Below are positions 1-9,260 of a DNA stretch of 64,000 bases, one piece after another. The position numbers were made by a program, and so were the translations under genes. This DNA is from Candidatus Bruticola sp. Lineage in GTDB: Bacteria > Vulcanimicrobiota > Xenobia > Xenobiales > Xenobiaceae. The stretch is from NCBI GenBank assembly GCA_051874735.1, contig JBJEGD010000026.1, positions 96,001-160,000 on the forward strand, in the 5' to 3' direction. The first letter of the stretch is position 1, and each line of letters starts with the position of its first letter. The notes under the pieces were generated by a model. The model ran no database searches and was not told the origin of the DNA. It saw only the letters and a program-made list of their open reading frames with translations.

Positions 1-59
1 AAATTGTTTCTTATAAAAGAAGCGCTAAAAAATTAAATTTTGAGGCGGGAGTACAGTCT

Positions 60-854
60 ATGTCCTTTTGGGATGATTTGAGAAGTGAAGTCAGAGATCG
101 CTATACTACGGGAGATATAAGTGTAGGTTTATTCAGTACTATAACTAGTTTCGGGGTCATGCCTTTACCAGTAGTACAGCCTACATTTTATATGGGTAGA
201 TGCTATATCCTTTGTTTCGATTACATGGATTACGTAGAAAAACTTTTGGCTTGTCAGGCTAAGCAGGAAAACGTTTTTCAACTTCTGCTTTATATAAAAG
301 AGACTGCAGCTACCTTGGGCCGATGCGTTCATCACGCTGTTGGTCCTATAGAAGAGATTCTTTCTGCCATAGATGATATTTTTGATGAACGTATGCGCAA
401 ACTGGAAGAAACTTTAGCTGAATCAATTATTGAAGAGGCTGAAGAAGAAGCTGCTGATGAGCTTGAAAATGAAAGCAATTCTGACGATTACGATGAATTC
501 AAAAGAGAGCGCACTCTTATGGCAGCTAGTCTTCAGGAAAAGTTTGAAGCGGTTGATATATCCTACACTGTAGCTGTGGAATTGTCTATGCGTTTAGCGG
601 CTATGTATGACTGTTGTACGCGCTATGTTCGAGATTTAAGGGAACTCAATTCGTCTGAAGTTTTAGGTGAAGTCGTTATTTTTATGCGTACTTTTATAGA
701 TGTGCAGCATATACTCGATACGCAGATGCGTCAGCTTCTTTTGGAAGATGTCTTTATGGAAAGAAGCAACTTATTCTCCACAGGTTTAATGCCTTGGATT
801 AGTCATTCTGTAGGTGAATTAGTCCATCAAATTAACGGATTAGAACATGAATAA
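60..854 (+). CDS. hypothetical acidic, probably helical protein
   Basis: 264-aa ORF with a Glu/Asp-rich centre; purine-rich RBS-like sequence upstream; no family recognised. Confidence 0.7.
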   Translation: MSFWDDLRSEVRDRYTTGDISVGLFSTITSFGVMPLPVVQPTFYMGRCYILCFDYMDYVEKLLACQAKQENVFQLLLYIKETAATLGRCVHHAVGPIEEILSAIDDIFDERMRKLEETLAESIIEEAEEEAADELENESNSDDYDEFKRERTLMAASLQEKFEAVDISYTVAVELSMRLAAMYDCCTRYVRDLRELNSSEVLGEVVIFMRTFIDVQHILDTQMRQLLLEDVFMERSNLFSTGLMPWISHSVGELVHQINGLEHE

Positions 855-872
855 AAATTGGAGATGTGAACA

Positions 873-1649
873 ATGGCTGCCAATATTGTTGCCTTATTAA
901 CTGATTTCGGTTCTCAAGATTCGTATGCGGCCATTGTTAAAGGGGTTATTTGGAAAATAAATGCTGACATTAAGTTAATAGATATTACTCATAATGTTCC
1001 TTTAGGAAAAATAAACAGGGCCGCTTTTCTGTTGGAATCGTGTATTAATTGGTTCCCGGAAGGTACCGTCTTTTTAGCTGTAGTTGATCCCGGAGTCGGC
1101 AGCCAGCGCAAAGCGATAGCTATTCGCGGTGAAAAATATTTTTATGTAGGCCCTGACAATGGCATTTTCACTTTAGCCCTCAAACGCGATCCCTTAAGGA
1201 TGGCTGTAGAAATTGCAGTTGGAGCAGATAAAAATAAGGAAATAAGCAACACTTTCCATGGTCGCGATCTGTTCGCTCCAGCTGCAGCCAGATTAGCTCA
1301 GGGAGAAGATGTGCGAATGTTGGGATCTGAACTGAAAGAACTAGTTAAACTGAATATATCAAAGAATCGTTTATCAGATCAAATCGGTCAAGGAAGTATT
1401 CTTTGCATAGACAGCTTCGGGAACTTAATCACTTCTTTGTGTAACCTCGAGGTGCGCAAAAAAGTAGTTGCTGCTGTTGTCAAGGGGCACAGATTTCCTA
1501 TGTGCAGAACTTATTCAGAGGTAAAAGAGGGTGAGGGGCTAGCCTATTGGGGGTCTTCGGATTACTGTGAACTGGCTGTTAACAAAGGTTCAGCTGCCGA
1601 CTTAACCCAGGCTCAGGAAGGAGACTTAGTTTCCTTTGAGCTTATCTAA
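873..1649 (+). CDS. SAM hydrolase / SAM-dependent halogenase family protein (DUF62)
   Basis: Motifs LLTDFG, VVDPGVG, GPDNG, STFHGRD-like (NTFHGRDLF), IDSFGNLIT. Confidence 0.92.
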   Translation: MAANIVALLTDFGSQDSYAAIVKGVIWKINADIKLIDITHNVPLGKINRAAFLLESCINWFPEGTVFLAVVDPGVGSQRKAIAIRGEKYFYVGPDNGIFTLALKRDPLRMAVEIAVGADKNKEISNTFHGRDLFAPAAARLAQGEDVRMLGSELKELVKLNISKNRLSDQIGQGSILCIDSFGNLITSLCNLEVRKKVVAAVVKGHRFPMCRTYSEVKEGEGLAYWGSSDYCELAVNKGSAADLTQAQEGDLVSFELI

Positions 1650-1724
1650 AAAATTGCTTAAAAAAAGTTAAGCAAAGCAGACCTTGAAAAAACGTATTTT
1701 TATTTAAAGTTGGCAATAGTAGTT

Positions 1725-1922
1725 TTAGAAGATCTGATATTGATTGTGTACTTCCACATTGGTGAAGCGTTCTAAATAGTTAATCACAGTTATTAAAGCT
1801 ATAATAGCAAAAACAATCCAGAAAAAAGGACTTTTAAAAATTTTTGCCCATATTCCGGGTTCAGATATAGTTTCTAGATTGTTGTTATCTGTTTTGACTG
1901 ATTCTTGGGGCTGTTCTGTCAT
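1725..1922 (-). CDS. small single-pass membrane protein (tentative)
   Basis: ATG at 1922 (MTEQPQ...); hydrophobic segment FFWIVFAIIALITVI; fills an intergenic gap. Confidence 0.5.
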   Translation of the reverse strand: MTEQPQESVKTDNNNLETISEPGIWAKIFKSPFFWIVFAIIALITVINYLERFTNVEVHNQYQIF

Positions 1923-2056
1923 GAATAAGGCCTCATTTTCTAGGGATAGAACAGCCAAAACCTTCGTGTTAAGATGACAATTTGCCTTTTTTGAAACAGC
2001 TTTGTAAAGCCGCTGATGTTATTTTTTTCAGCTGGTTGACAGATAGGGGAATTAAT

Positions 2057-3538
2057 ATGAATGCTGCTTATATTGAACGTCAGAGTCGAGCACCTATTTA
2101 TGAAGCTTTAGAGGAATATATTCAAGAAGCGAATGTTCCTTTTCATATGCCTGGACATAGTCTGGGTAGAGGAGCTGATCCTTATTTGCAAAGTTTAATG
2201 GGAGCTAAGGCCTTAGCAGCAGATATCACTCAAGTGCTAGATATGGATGATATCCATCGTCCCTACAGCTACACTAAAAAAGCTCAAGAATTGGCAGCTG
2301 AATGTTTTGGAGCTGACAAAACTTGGTTTTTAGTGAATGGCTCTACTTGCGGTAATCAAGCTATGCTTTTGGCCTCTTTAAAAACTGGTCAGGAGGTTAT
2401 TATGCCTCGCTGCGCTCACCGATCTCTGCAAGCTGGATTAGTTTTTTCTGGTGCGGTACCTCGTTATGTCTCTTCTCCGTACGATAAAGAAGCTGGGGTT
2501 AGTTTAGCAGTTGAATGCTCTGATATGGAGTACTTACAGCACAAATACCCTAATGTGATAGCTTGGGCTGTTACTAGTGTCACTCCTTATGGGGCCTGTG
2601 CTGATATCAACACTATAAGTACTGCAGCTCATAATCATGGACTGCCTCTTTTAGTCGATGAAGCTTGGGGCCCCCACTTCGGTTTTCATCCCGATTTGCC
2701 CCAGTCTGCTATTTCCCTGGGAGCAGACTGCTCAGTGCAGAGTGCTCATAAACTTTTAGCCGCTCTTTCTCAGGCTTCTATGCTCCACATAAAAGGCAAA
2801 AGGCTCAATTATGAACGTTTTAACTTGACTTTGCGTATGCTGCAGAGCACTAGCCCCAACTATTTGCTTTTAGCTTCGTTAGATATTGCGCGCCGTCAGT
2901 TGGCTTTGCATGGCTATCAGGATTGGCAGAGAGCTTTAGATTCTGCTGAGAGAATACGTCAATTTGTGCGTCATACTGAGGGACTACAGCTTATGGAACA
3001 GGGAGCGGCTTTTAACTACGATAAAACCAGAATTGTAATTTCTGCTCTAGATTTGGGTATAGATGGAGTCGAGTTAGAAAGAACGCTGCGTTATCGTTTT
3101 AAAATTCAGCCGGAAATGTCCGATATGCGCCAAATCGTTTTAGTTATTACGCCCGGACATACTTCTAAGGACTTAGATAAACTTGAAGCAGCTCTTAAAG
3201 AAATTGCCGAAGCTCCTCACGGCTGGGTTTCTGCTGAAGGGGTTAAAGCGCCACTGCGCAGAGCTGCTTCTTTAGACTTTCCTGGTTTTCCTGAACAGTT
3301 AATGAGTCCTCGTCAATCTTATTTTAGCTCTTCTAAATATGTGCCTTGGGAGCAAGCTTTAGGAGAGGTTTGCGCTGAATTGATCACTCCTTATCCGCCT
3401 GGTATTCCCTTAATATGTCCCGGGGAAAGAATTGAGCGTCCCCATTGGGAGTACTTAAAGGCTCTTAACAAGGCTGGAGTACCTATTGATGGGTTGAGTG
3501 ATCTTTCTATGCATCAAGTTAGAGTTATAGTTGGATAA
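2057..3538 (+). CDS. PLP-dependent Orn/Lys/Arg decarboxylase (YaaO/SpeA type)
   Basis: PFHMPGH, LVNGST, VDEAWG, QSAHK (PLP lysine), STSPNY, PYPPGIP. Start moved to ATG 2057 after an AGGGG RBS. Confidence 0.9.
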   Translation: MNAAYIERQSRAPIYEALEEYIQEANVPFHMPGHSLGRGADPYLQSLMGAKALAADITQVLDMDDIHRPYSYTKKAQELAAECFGADKTWFLVNGSTCGNQAMLLASLKTGQEVIMPRCAHRSLQAGLVFSGAVPRYVSSPYDKEAGVSLAVECSDMEYLQHKYPNVIAWAVTSVTPYGACADINTISTAAHNHGLPLLVDEAWGPHFGFHPDLPQSAISLGADCSVQSAHKLLAALSQASMLHIKGKRLNYERFNLTLRMLQSTSPNYLLLASLDIARRQLALHGYQDWQRALDSAERIRQFVRHTEGLQLMEQGAAFNYDKTRIVISALDLGIDGVELERTLRYRFKIQPEMSDMRQIVLVITPGHTSKDLDKLEAALKEIAEAPHGWVSAEGVKAPLRRAASLDFPGFPEQLMSPRQSYFSSSKYVPWEQALGEVCAELITPYPPGIPLICPGERIERPHWEYLKALNKAGVPIDGLSDLSMHQVRVIVG

Positions 3539-3631
3539 AACTTTAGATTCTTTCTTTTTGGAGGAACAAAACTGCGGTTAATTAAAATACATCCTCATTT
3601 TTGGAACAGATAAGAGGTTCTTCTCTGCATT

Positions 3632-5461
3632 ATGAATACAGACTCATCTGGACAGTTAGTTATCGCGTCCGATAATCTTGAAGAGCTGATGTGCGTTTTT
3701 CCCGTAGATTGGTGTGAAGGATATGCCAGTTTAGGGCGTCCAGCTGATGATTTAATTGAATTTGTCGCTGATTTAGGGCGCCTTCCTATGGCACGTTTCC
3801 AAGATGAAATATGTACTATTAGCGATTATCCGGTGAGCTACGGCGATCTGGATTATATCGCTTCTTATGTTTCTTCTTTCGGTTCCGATAATAGAGCCGG
3901 TATAGATGCTACCTTGCATCGCATTTCCGCTATCCGCAATAGAAAGGGAAGAATTGTAGGTATTACCGCTAGAGTGGGCCGAGCTGTTTACGGAGATGCT
4001 GACATTATAAAAGATGTTGTTAAAAGCGGTCGGAGTATTCTGCTGTTAGGACAACCTGGCGTTGGTAAAACTACGGTTTTACGTGAAATTTCGCGTGTAT
4101 TGGCGGATGAATTGCACAAAAGAGTGGTTATTGTTGACACTTCTAACGAAATTGCTGGTGATGGTGATATTCCTCATCCGGGAGTTGGAGCGGCTAGGCG
4201 TATGCAGGTGGCTGATCCGATAGAACAGCATAAAATTATGATTGAAGCTGTCGAGAATCATACTCCTCAAGTTGTTGTCATAGACGAAATTGGTACCGAG
4301 GCTGAAACTTATGCTGCTAGGACAATTGCTGAGCGTGGAGTTATGTTGGTAGCTACGGCTCACGGTACTAAACTGGAAAATTTAATTCAAAATCCTTCTT
4401 TATGTGATTTAGTAGGTGGCATAGAATCTGTAACTCTCTCTGATGAGATTGCCTTTAAAAAAGGTGGGGGACACAAAGCTATTTTAGAGCGCAAAGCTCC
4501 GCCAACTTTTGAGGTAGTTATAGAGCTCAGAGATCGTCATACTTTTGCTATTCACAAAAATGTGGCTGACTCTGTTGATGCTATTTTACGTGGAGCAGAA
4601 ATAGCTCCAATAGTTAGAATGAGACATAGTTCTGAGGCCAAAGATAATACAGAAGATACACCATCAGTAGTGACATTTAAGAAAAAAAAGAATAAAAGTT
4701 TAGAAACAATGGGAGCGCAGTTAGCTCCTCAGAATGGAATAGAACTCCAGGTAAATGGTTCTGCTGTGAATATAGACAAGCCGAACAGCGTTTCAGTTTT
4801 AGCTAAATACGGTTCTTTAATTCCTAAAAATAGTGCATCTTCCCACCGGAAACAGGAAAAAATGGCTGAACTCGCTGATTCGAGCAGCCTTAATGAAAGG
4901 TTCGCCTACTTGCGCCGCGATCGCTACACAGATGAAGAGGGCAATATATTACTGGCCCAAAAAGAGGAGCGCAAACCTTGTGTAGGAACGAAGCCTAAGG
5001 TCAATATTTATCCTATTGGAGTAAGTCGCAACCGTTTAGAAAAGTTAATTGGACTCTTGGAGCTGCCTGCTCAAGTTGTACCTAGTTGGAAGTCTGCTAG
5101 CGTTGTTTTAGCCTTAGAATCTAGCCAGGAGAGTGATCCTCATCTCTTTAAGGCTATCAAAAATGCCGGACTTAAGGTCTGTCGTTTGGCTGAGAATACT
5201 TGGCCTAAAATTAAGTCTTTTCTCGATAACTATTTTGAAGATACTATTTTAAGCCCCGCTGAGTTGGCCCAACTTGAAGTTATGGAAGCTATCGAAGAGG
5301 TGCAAAAAACTGGCCGTCCCTATAATTTGTTGCCTCAAGAGCGCTCTTTACGTCGTCTGCAGGGGCAGCTGGCCTCTGAAGCTGGTATACAATCAATTAT
5401 TTATGGTACAGAGCCAGAATGTTATCTGCGTTTGCAGATGCATAAAGTTCATTCAGTTTAA
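3632..5461 (+). CDS. Ycf45/SpoIIIAA-family AAA ATPase with C-terminal R3H-like region
   Basis: Walker A GQPGVGKT, VDTSNEIAGDGD, VIDEIG, ATAHG; C-terminal RRLQ..GTEP resembles R3H with the His absent. Confidence 0.85.
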   Translation: MNTDSSGQLVIASDNLEELMCVFPVDWCEGYASLGRPADDLIEFVADLGRLPMARFQDEICTISDYPVSYGDLDYIASYVSSFGSDNRAGIDATLHRISAIRNRKGRIVGITARVGRAVYGDADIIKDVVKSGRSILLLGQPGVGKTTVLREISRVLADELHKRVVIVDTSNEIAGDGDIPHPGVGAARRMQVADPIEQHKIMIEAVENHTPQVVVIDEIGTEAETYAARTIAERGVMLVATAHGTKLENLIQNPSLCDLVGGIESVTLSDEIAFKKGGGHKAILERKAPPTFEVVIELRDRHTFAIHKNVADSVDAILRGAEIAPIVRMRHSSEAKDNTEDTPSVVTFKKKKNKSLETMGAQLAPQNGIELQVNGSAVNIDKPNSVSVLAKYGSLIPKNSASSHRKQEKMAELADSSSLNERFAYLRRDRYTDEEGNILLAQKEERKPCVGTKPKVNIYPIGVSRNRLEKLIGLLELPAQVVPSWKSASVVLALESSQESDPHLFKAIKNAGLKVCRLAENTWPKIKSFLDNYFEDTILSPAELAQLEVMEAIEEVQKTGRPYNLLPQERSLRRLQGQLASEAGIQSIIYGTEPECYLRLQMHKVHSV

Positions 5462-5476
5462 TTTTAGGGTATAAAT

Positions 5477-6190
5477 ATGGATACAGCTAGTAGAAAAGGA
5501 CTATTTATTACCTTAGAGGGGCCTGAGGGCGGTGGTAAAACCTCACAGGCTAATGCTCTAGCAGAGAAGCTGCGCCGTTATGGCTTGACAGTTTCTGTTA
5601 CTCGTGAGCCTGGGGGAACCCCATTGGGCGATAAAATTCGCCAGCTGCTTATTGATCCGGCTAATAAAGAAATGAAGCCCTTAACTGAGCTGTTACTTTT
5701 TGAAGCTTCTCGAGCTCAGCATGTTCAGGAGTTTATTAAGCCTAAGCTTAATTCGGGAGAAATCGTTATTTGTGATCGTTTTTACGACTCTACAGTAGCT
5801 TATCAAGGGGCAAGAAATTTGCCTTTAGATACTGTCCATTACTTAAATAATTTGGTAGCCGCTCAATGCTGCCCTGATTTTACTATTCTCCTCGATCTCG
5901 ACTATGAAGTAGGTCGCTCTCGCTTAATGAAGCGTTATCGGCAAAATAGCGGAGCTGTAGATCGCATTGAGCGTGAAGAACAAGCTTTTTTTGAACGGTT
6001 GCGTCAAAATTATTTAGAGTTAGCTAGAGGAGGCTTACAGAAGGACGGATTAAGAGATAATTCCCTCAATCGTTGGCATATTGTAGATGCTTCTGTAAGC
6101 TTTTCTGAAGTTGCTGAGCAAGTTTGGAAGGCTGTTTGGCCGGTAGTGAAGTCTTGTATGGATAAATTATCTGCTGCAAAGAGGAGTTAA
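5477..6190 (+). CDS. tmk: thymidylate kinase
   Basis: FITLEGPEGGGKT, TREPGGT, ICDRFYDST; adjacent to holB. Confidence 0.96.
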   Translation: MDTASRKGLFITLEGPEGGGKTSQANALAEKLRRYGLTVSVTREPGGTPLGDKIRQLLIDPANKEMKPLTELLLFEASRAQHVQEFIKPKLNSGEIVICDRFYDSTVAYQGARNLPLDTVHYLNNLVAAQCCPDFTILLDLDYEVGRSRLMKRYRQNSGAVDRIEREEQAFFERLRQNYLELARGGLQKDGLRDNSLNRWHIVDASVSFSEVAEQVWKAVWPVVKSCMDKLSAAKRS

Positions 6191-6191
6191 G

Positions 6192-7196
6192 GTGAAAATA
6201 ATTGGCAGCGAAGTTATACTGGAACGCTTGGGCATTTTGGCTTTTGAGACTAAATTAGCTCCTAGTTATCTTTTTATAGGTCCTAAAGGAGTTGGTAAAT
6301 TTTTATGCGCTCGTTGGTTCGCTGCAGCTGTACTTTGCCCCAATAAGAATAAGCTGGGCCCTTGTGGGCAGTGTTCTGTTTGTAAGAGAATCGAATCGGG
6401 TAATCATCCTGATATTAATATTTTGGCTAGCAGCGGTCGTTCTACTATCGGTATTGATGACATTCGGGAAGGCATAGTTTCAATGCAGACCTGCTCTTTT
6501 GAAGGAGGTTATCGCTTTTGGATTATTGACGAAGCTCAGCGGTTAACTGAAGAAGGTCAAAATGCTTTATTAAAAACCCTTGAAGAGCCCCCGCCTTCAT
6601 TAGTTATTGTTTTAGTAGCTCAACTTGGTGGTTCTCTTTTAAATACTGTTATGTCTCGCTGCCGCCGGTTCGATTTTAAAACTTTGCCCATCGTCTCTCT
6701 TCAGCAGGAACTTATAGTTCGAGGGGCCTCTCCAGATAAAGCCTTGGCTGCAGCTAAAATAAGCGAAGGCTCTTTAGGCGGAGCTTTAGAAATTTTGAGT
6801 GACAGCGTGCTTTGGGATTACAGGGTAGCTCTGTTGGAAATTTTAGCTTCATTAGCTTCTGAAGAGCCAAGTTTATGGAAGGCAATTAGCGCTTCAATCA
6901 CCTTAGAAAAGTTTTGTGGCGGTTCTTCAGCTAAAGACAAAGATCTTCTGTTAAAAACCTTTTCTATGGCCTCGTCATTTTATCGAGATTTGCTTTTGCT
7001 AAAAGTTGGAGCTCCCAGGCATATGCTTGTTAACGAAGATTATTTAGCCATTCTTGAACAAGTATCTGAAAGTAGCAATGCTGCTAGCTTTAGAAAGGCT
7101 TTAGAGAGTATTAACCAGGCTAAGTCTCAAGCATTTCACAATGTTAATGTAAGGCTTTTACTGCAAAATCTGTGTTTATCCTTACAGCCAATGTAA
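6192..7196 (+). CDS. holB: DNA polymerase III delta' subunit
   Basis: GPKGVGK, zinc CxxCxxC, HPD, QNALLKTLEEPP, SRC; follows tmk. Confidence 0.94.
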   Translation: MKIIGSEVILERLGILAFETKLAPSYLFIGPKGVGKFLCARWFAAAVLCPNKNKLGPCGQCSVCKRIESGNHPDINILASSGRSTIGIDDIREGIVSMQTCSFEGGYRFWIIDEAQRLTEEGQNALLKTLEEPPPSLVIVLVAQLGGSLLNTVMSRCRRFDFKTLPIVSLQQELIVRGASPDKALAAAKISEGSLGGALEILSDSVLWDYRVALLEILASLASEEPSLWKAISASITLEKFCGGSSAKDKDLLLKTFSMASSFYRDLLLLKVGAPRHMLVNEDYLAILEQVSESSNAASFRKALESINQAKSQAFHNVNVRLLLQNLCLSLQPM

Positions 7197-7221
7197 TTTT
7201 TCTTATCTTAGTAATTTACAG

Positions 7222-7263
7222 AAAAGAGCCCGCTTCAAAAACTTTGAAGCGGGCTCTAGTTTT
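7222..7263. terminator. bidirectional intrinsic terminator
   Basis: 15-bp stem agagcccgcttcaaa/tttgaagcgggctct (7225-7257) between convergent holB and the amylase gene. Confidence 0.85.
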
Positions 7264-7352
7264 GAAGTCGTTTTGTATCGCTCTCAGCTAAGGTCTCTCG
7301 GTTACCGAAAACTACACAACCTTAGCTGACAACTTTATAATGCAACATTCAA

Positions 7353-8999
7353 TTACTTTTTGAATTGAATATTCCCATAGTCCTTTTCAGGAACCAGAAC
7401 TCTTCCCTGCTTGTCCGCAGTGCCAATATTGAGGCAGTTGTCTTTGACTGTGAACTTGTCGCCAGTCAGGACGTCTACCATAACATCGCCATTGTGGATA
7501 GGACTGCCCTCACGCAGAGGAATGTTGCGGGTCTGGTGATTGTAGGAGTTATTCAAAACTGTAATGCACTCCTGGCCTTCGTAGCGACGGCAGAAAGCGT
7601 AAACTTGGTCATCCTGCCACATCTCTTTTTGCTCACCGAATTGGAGGGCCGGCATAGCCGCACGGGTGCTGGTTAACTTTTGGAGGTGCTCGGTAATATG
7701 CGGGTTAGCACCAAACTCCATATCGCGACGGTTATCAGGATCACCTCCGCCGACCATGGCAGTTTCATCGCCGTAGTAAATGGAAGGAATACCGCGGCAA
7801 GTCATGATGAGATCCATACCCAGCTTAAGCTTATCATGGCCGCGGCTGTTGTTGGTGTTGTTCATGAAACGCTCGAAGTCATGGTTGTCTAAGAGAGTGA
7901 CCATCTTGCTAGCATCGGGGTACTTGCTGTCCTCTGCAAAGCGTCTGCCAAGCTCTCTAGCACTGCCGTCTTTACCGATAGTATCACGGATTGTGTAATA
8001 CAAAGGCATATCGAAGCAGCTGTCCATGCCGTCACGCTGGTAACCAGACACCACGTTGGGATCGCCATGTAAAGCTTCACCCAAAATCATGAAGTCGTCG
8101 CCCATTTCTTTCTTTACATCGGCGCAGAACTTCTGCCAGAACTGGTGATCGACATGCTTAATGGCGTCTAAACGAATACCATCAGCTCCGGTCTCTTTAG
8201 CCCACCACAGAGTATTGTCTAACAAATATTTGTAAACTTCAGGGTTACTCTGGTCAAGGTCGGGAAGACCGCAGACATCGCCGTTTTCGAGCTGCCAAGG
8301 ATCATTCCAGTTACGGATGCCGCCGTTGTGGTGGAACCAATCTTTTTTACTAGGATCATTCAGCCAAGAATGGTTGGGAGAAACGTGGTTGAGCACGGTG
8401 TCCAAAACAACCTTCATGCCTTTTTCGTGAGCCTTAGAAACTAACTCTTTGGCGTCATCCATGGTACCCTGATGCTCATCTACTTTGTAGTGGTCAGTAA
8501 TCCAGTAGCCGTGATAACCGGTACCTTCGTAGTTGCCCATTCTAATGGTGTCGGCGTTGTCGTACATAGGGGCGACCCAAAGACAAGTGGCGCCCAAATC
8601 TTTGATATAGTCTAATTTGTTGATAACACCGCGGAGATCGCCGCCATGGTAAGCGGTTGGGTTGTTCTTATCAACATTGAAGTTATTGCTGGGATCACCG
8701 TCGCAGAAGCGGTCAGTGAGGGGAAAATAAATTACCTGGGGGCCCCATTTCTCTTGCCAAGAACTCAAAGAGTTTGTGGTAACGGCAGAAGCACTAGCTG
8801 TCTCTTCGGTCTTAGCCGCAGTTGAGCAGAAAAGAGACTTCGGAATGAGTCCGGCCGAAGAATCAGACTTAGATTTCGTAAGAGTATCGGTGGGGAGGGC
8901 AGATACGCTCTCGGCCTCAGCGGCCTTGGCGGCAGGAACTGAAACGTTAGATATAGGCTGATTGAAAACTTTAAAGTTATCAGACACGCCGGAAATCAT
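7353..8999 (-). CDS. GH13 alpha-amylase family glycosidase with disordered N-terminal extension
   Basis: DRFCDGD, GGDLRG, YHGYW, DTVLNH, GIRLDAIKH, GEAL, LDNHD, GIPSIYYGDE, DPDNR. Start at ATG 8999 after GGAGG. Confidence 0.92.
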   Translation of the reverse strand: MISGVSDNFKVFNQPISNVSVPAAKAAEAESVSALPTDTLTKSKSDSSAGLIPKSLFCSTAAKTEETASASAVTTNSLSSWQEKWGPQVIYFPLTDRFCDGDPSNNFNVDKNNPTAYHGGDLRGVINKLDYIKDLGATCLWVAPMYDNADTIRMGNYEGTGYHGYWITDHYKVDEHQGTMDDAKELVSKAHEKGMKVVLDTVLNHVSPNHSWLNDPSKKDWFHHNGGIRNWNDPWQLENGDVCGLPDLDQSNPEVYKYLLDNTLWWAKETGADGIRLDAIKHVDHQFWQKFCADVKKEMGDDFMILGEALHGDPNVVSGYQRDGMDSCFDMPLYYTIRDTIGKDGSARELGRRFAEDSKYPDASKMVTLLDNHDFERFMNNTNNSRGHDKLKLGMDLIMTCRGIPSIYYGDETAMVGGGDPDNRRDMEFGANPHITEHLQKLTSTRAAMPALQFGEQKEMWQDDQVYAFCRRYEGQECITVLNNSYNHQTRNIPLREGSPIHNGDVMVDVLTGDKFTVKDNCLNIGTADKQGRVLVPEKDYGNIQFKK

Positions 9000-9260
9000 G
9001 ATAAAGCCTCCAAAAATAATTATAGATGTAAAAACTCTCTTAAGCACTCCGCTTTAGGAACACCTAATCCCAAACATTTGCAAAGAAGCCACAGTCTGAA
9101 ATTAATATGTTGTTTTCTTGCAACTTCATTAACTTAGATTATACCTAATTATCAAAAAAAAATGTTACCAGGAATTTAATTAACACCTAGAAAAAAACTA
9201 ATTGTGCAGAGTAGAGCTTCTTTGCGCCCAGGTATTCGCATGTTTTCAGGAGTAAAGATT

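Noticed and set aside
873-1649. Halogenase as part of a natural-product cluster
   Set aside because: DUF62 members are mostly SAM hydrolases and the neighbours are housekeeping genes.
9085-9095. gaagccacagt also matching the hairpin at 11858-11907
   Set aside because: A short match in different contexts with no third copy seen; likely chance.
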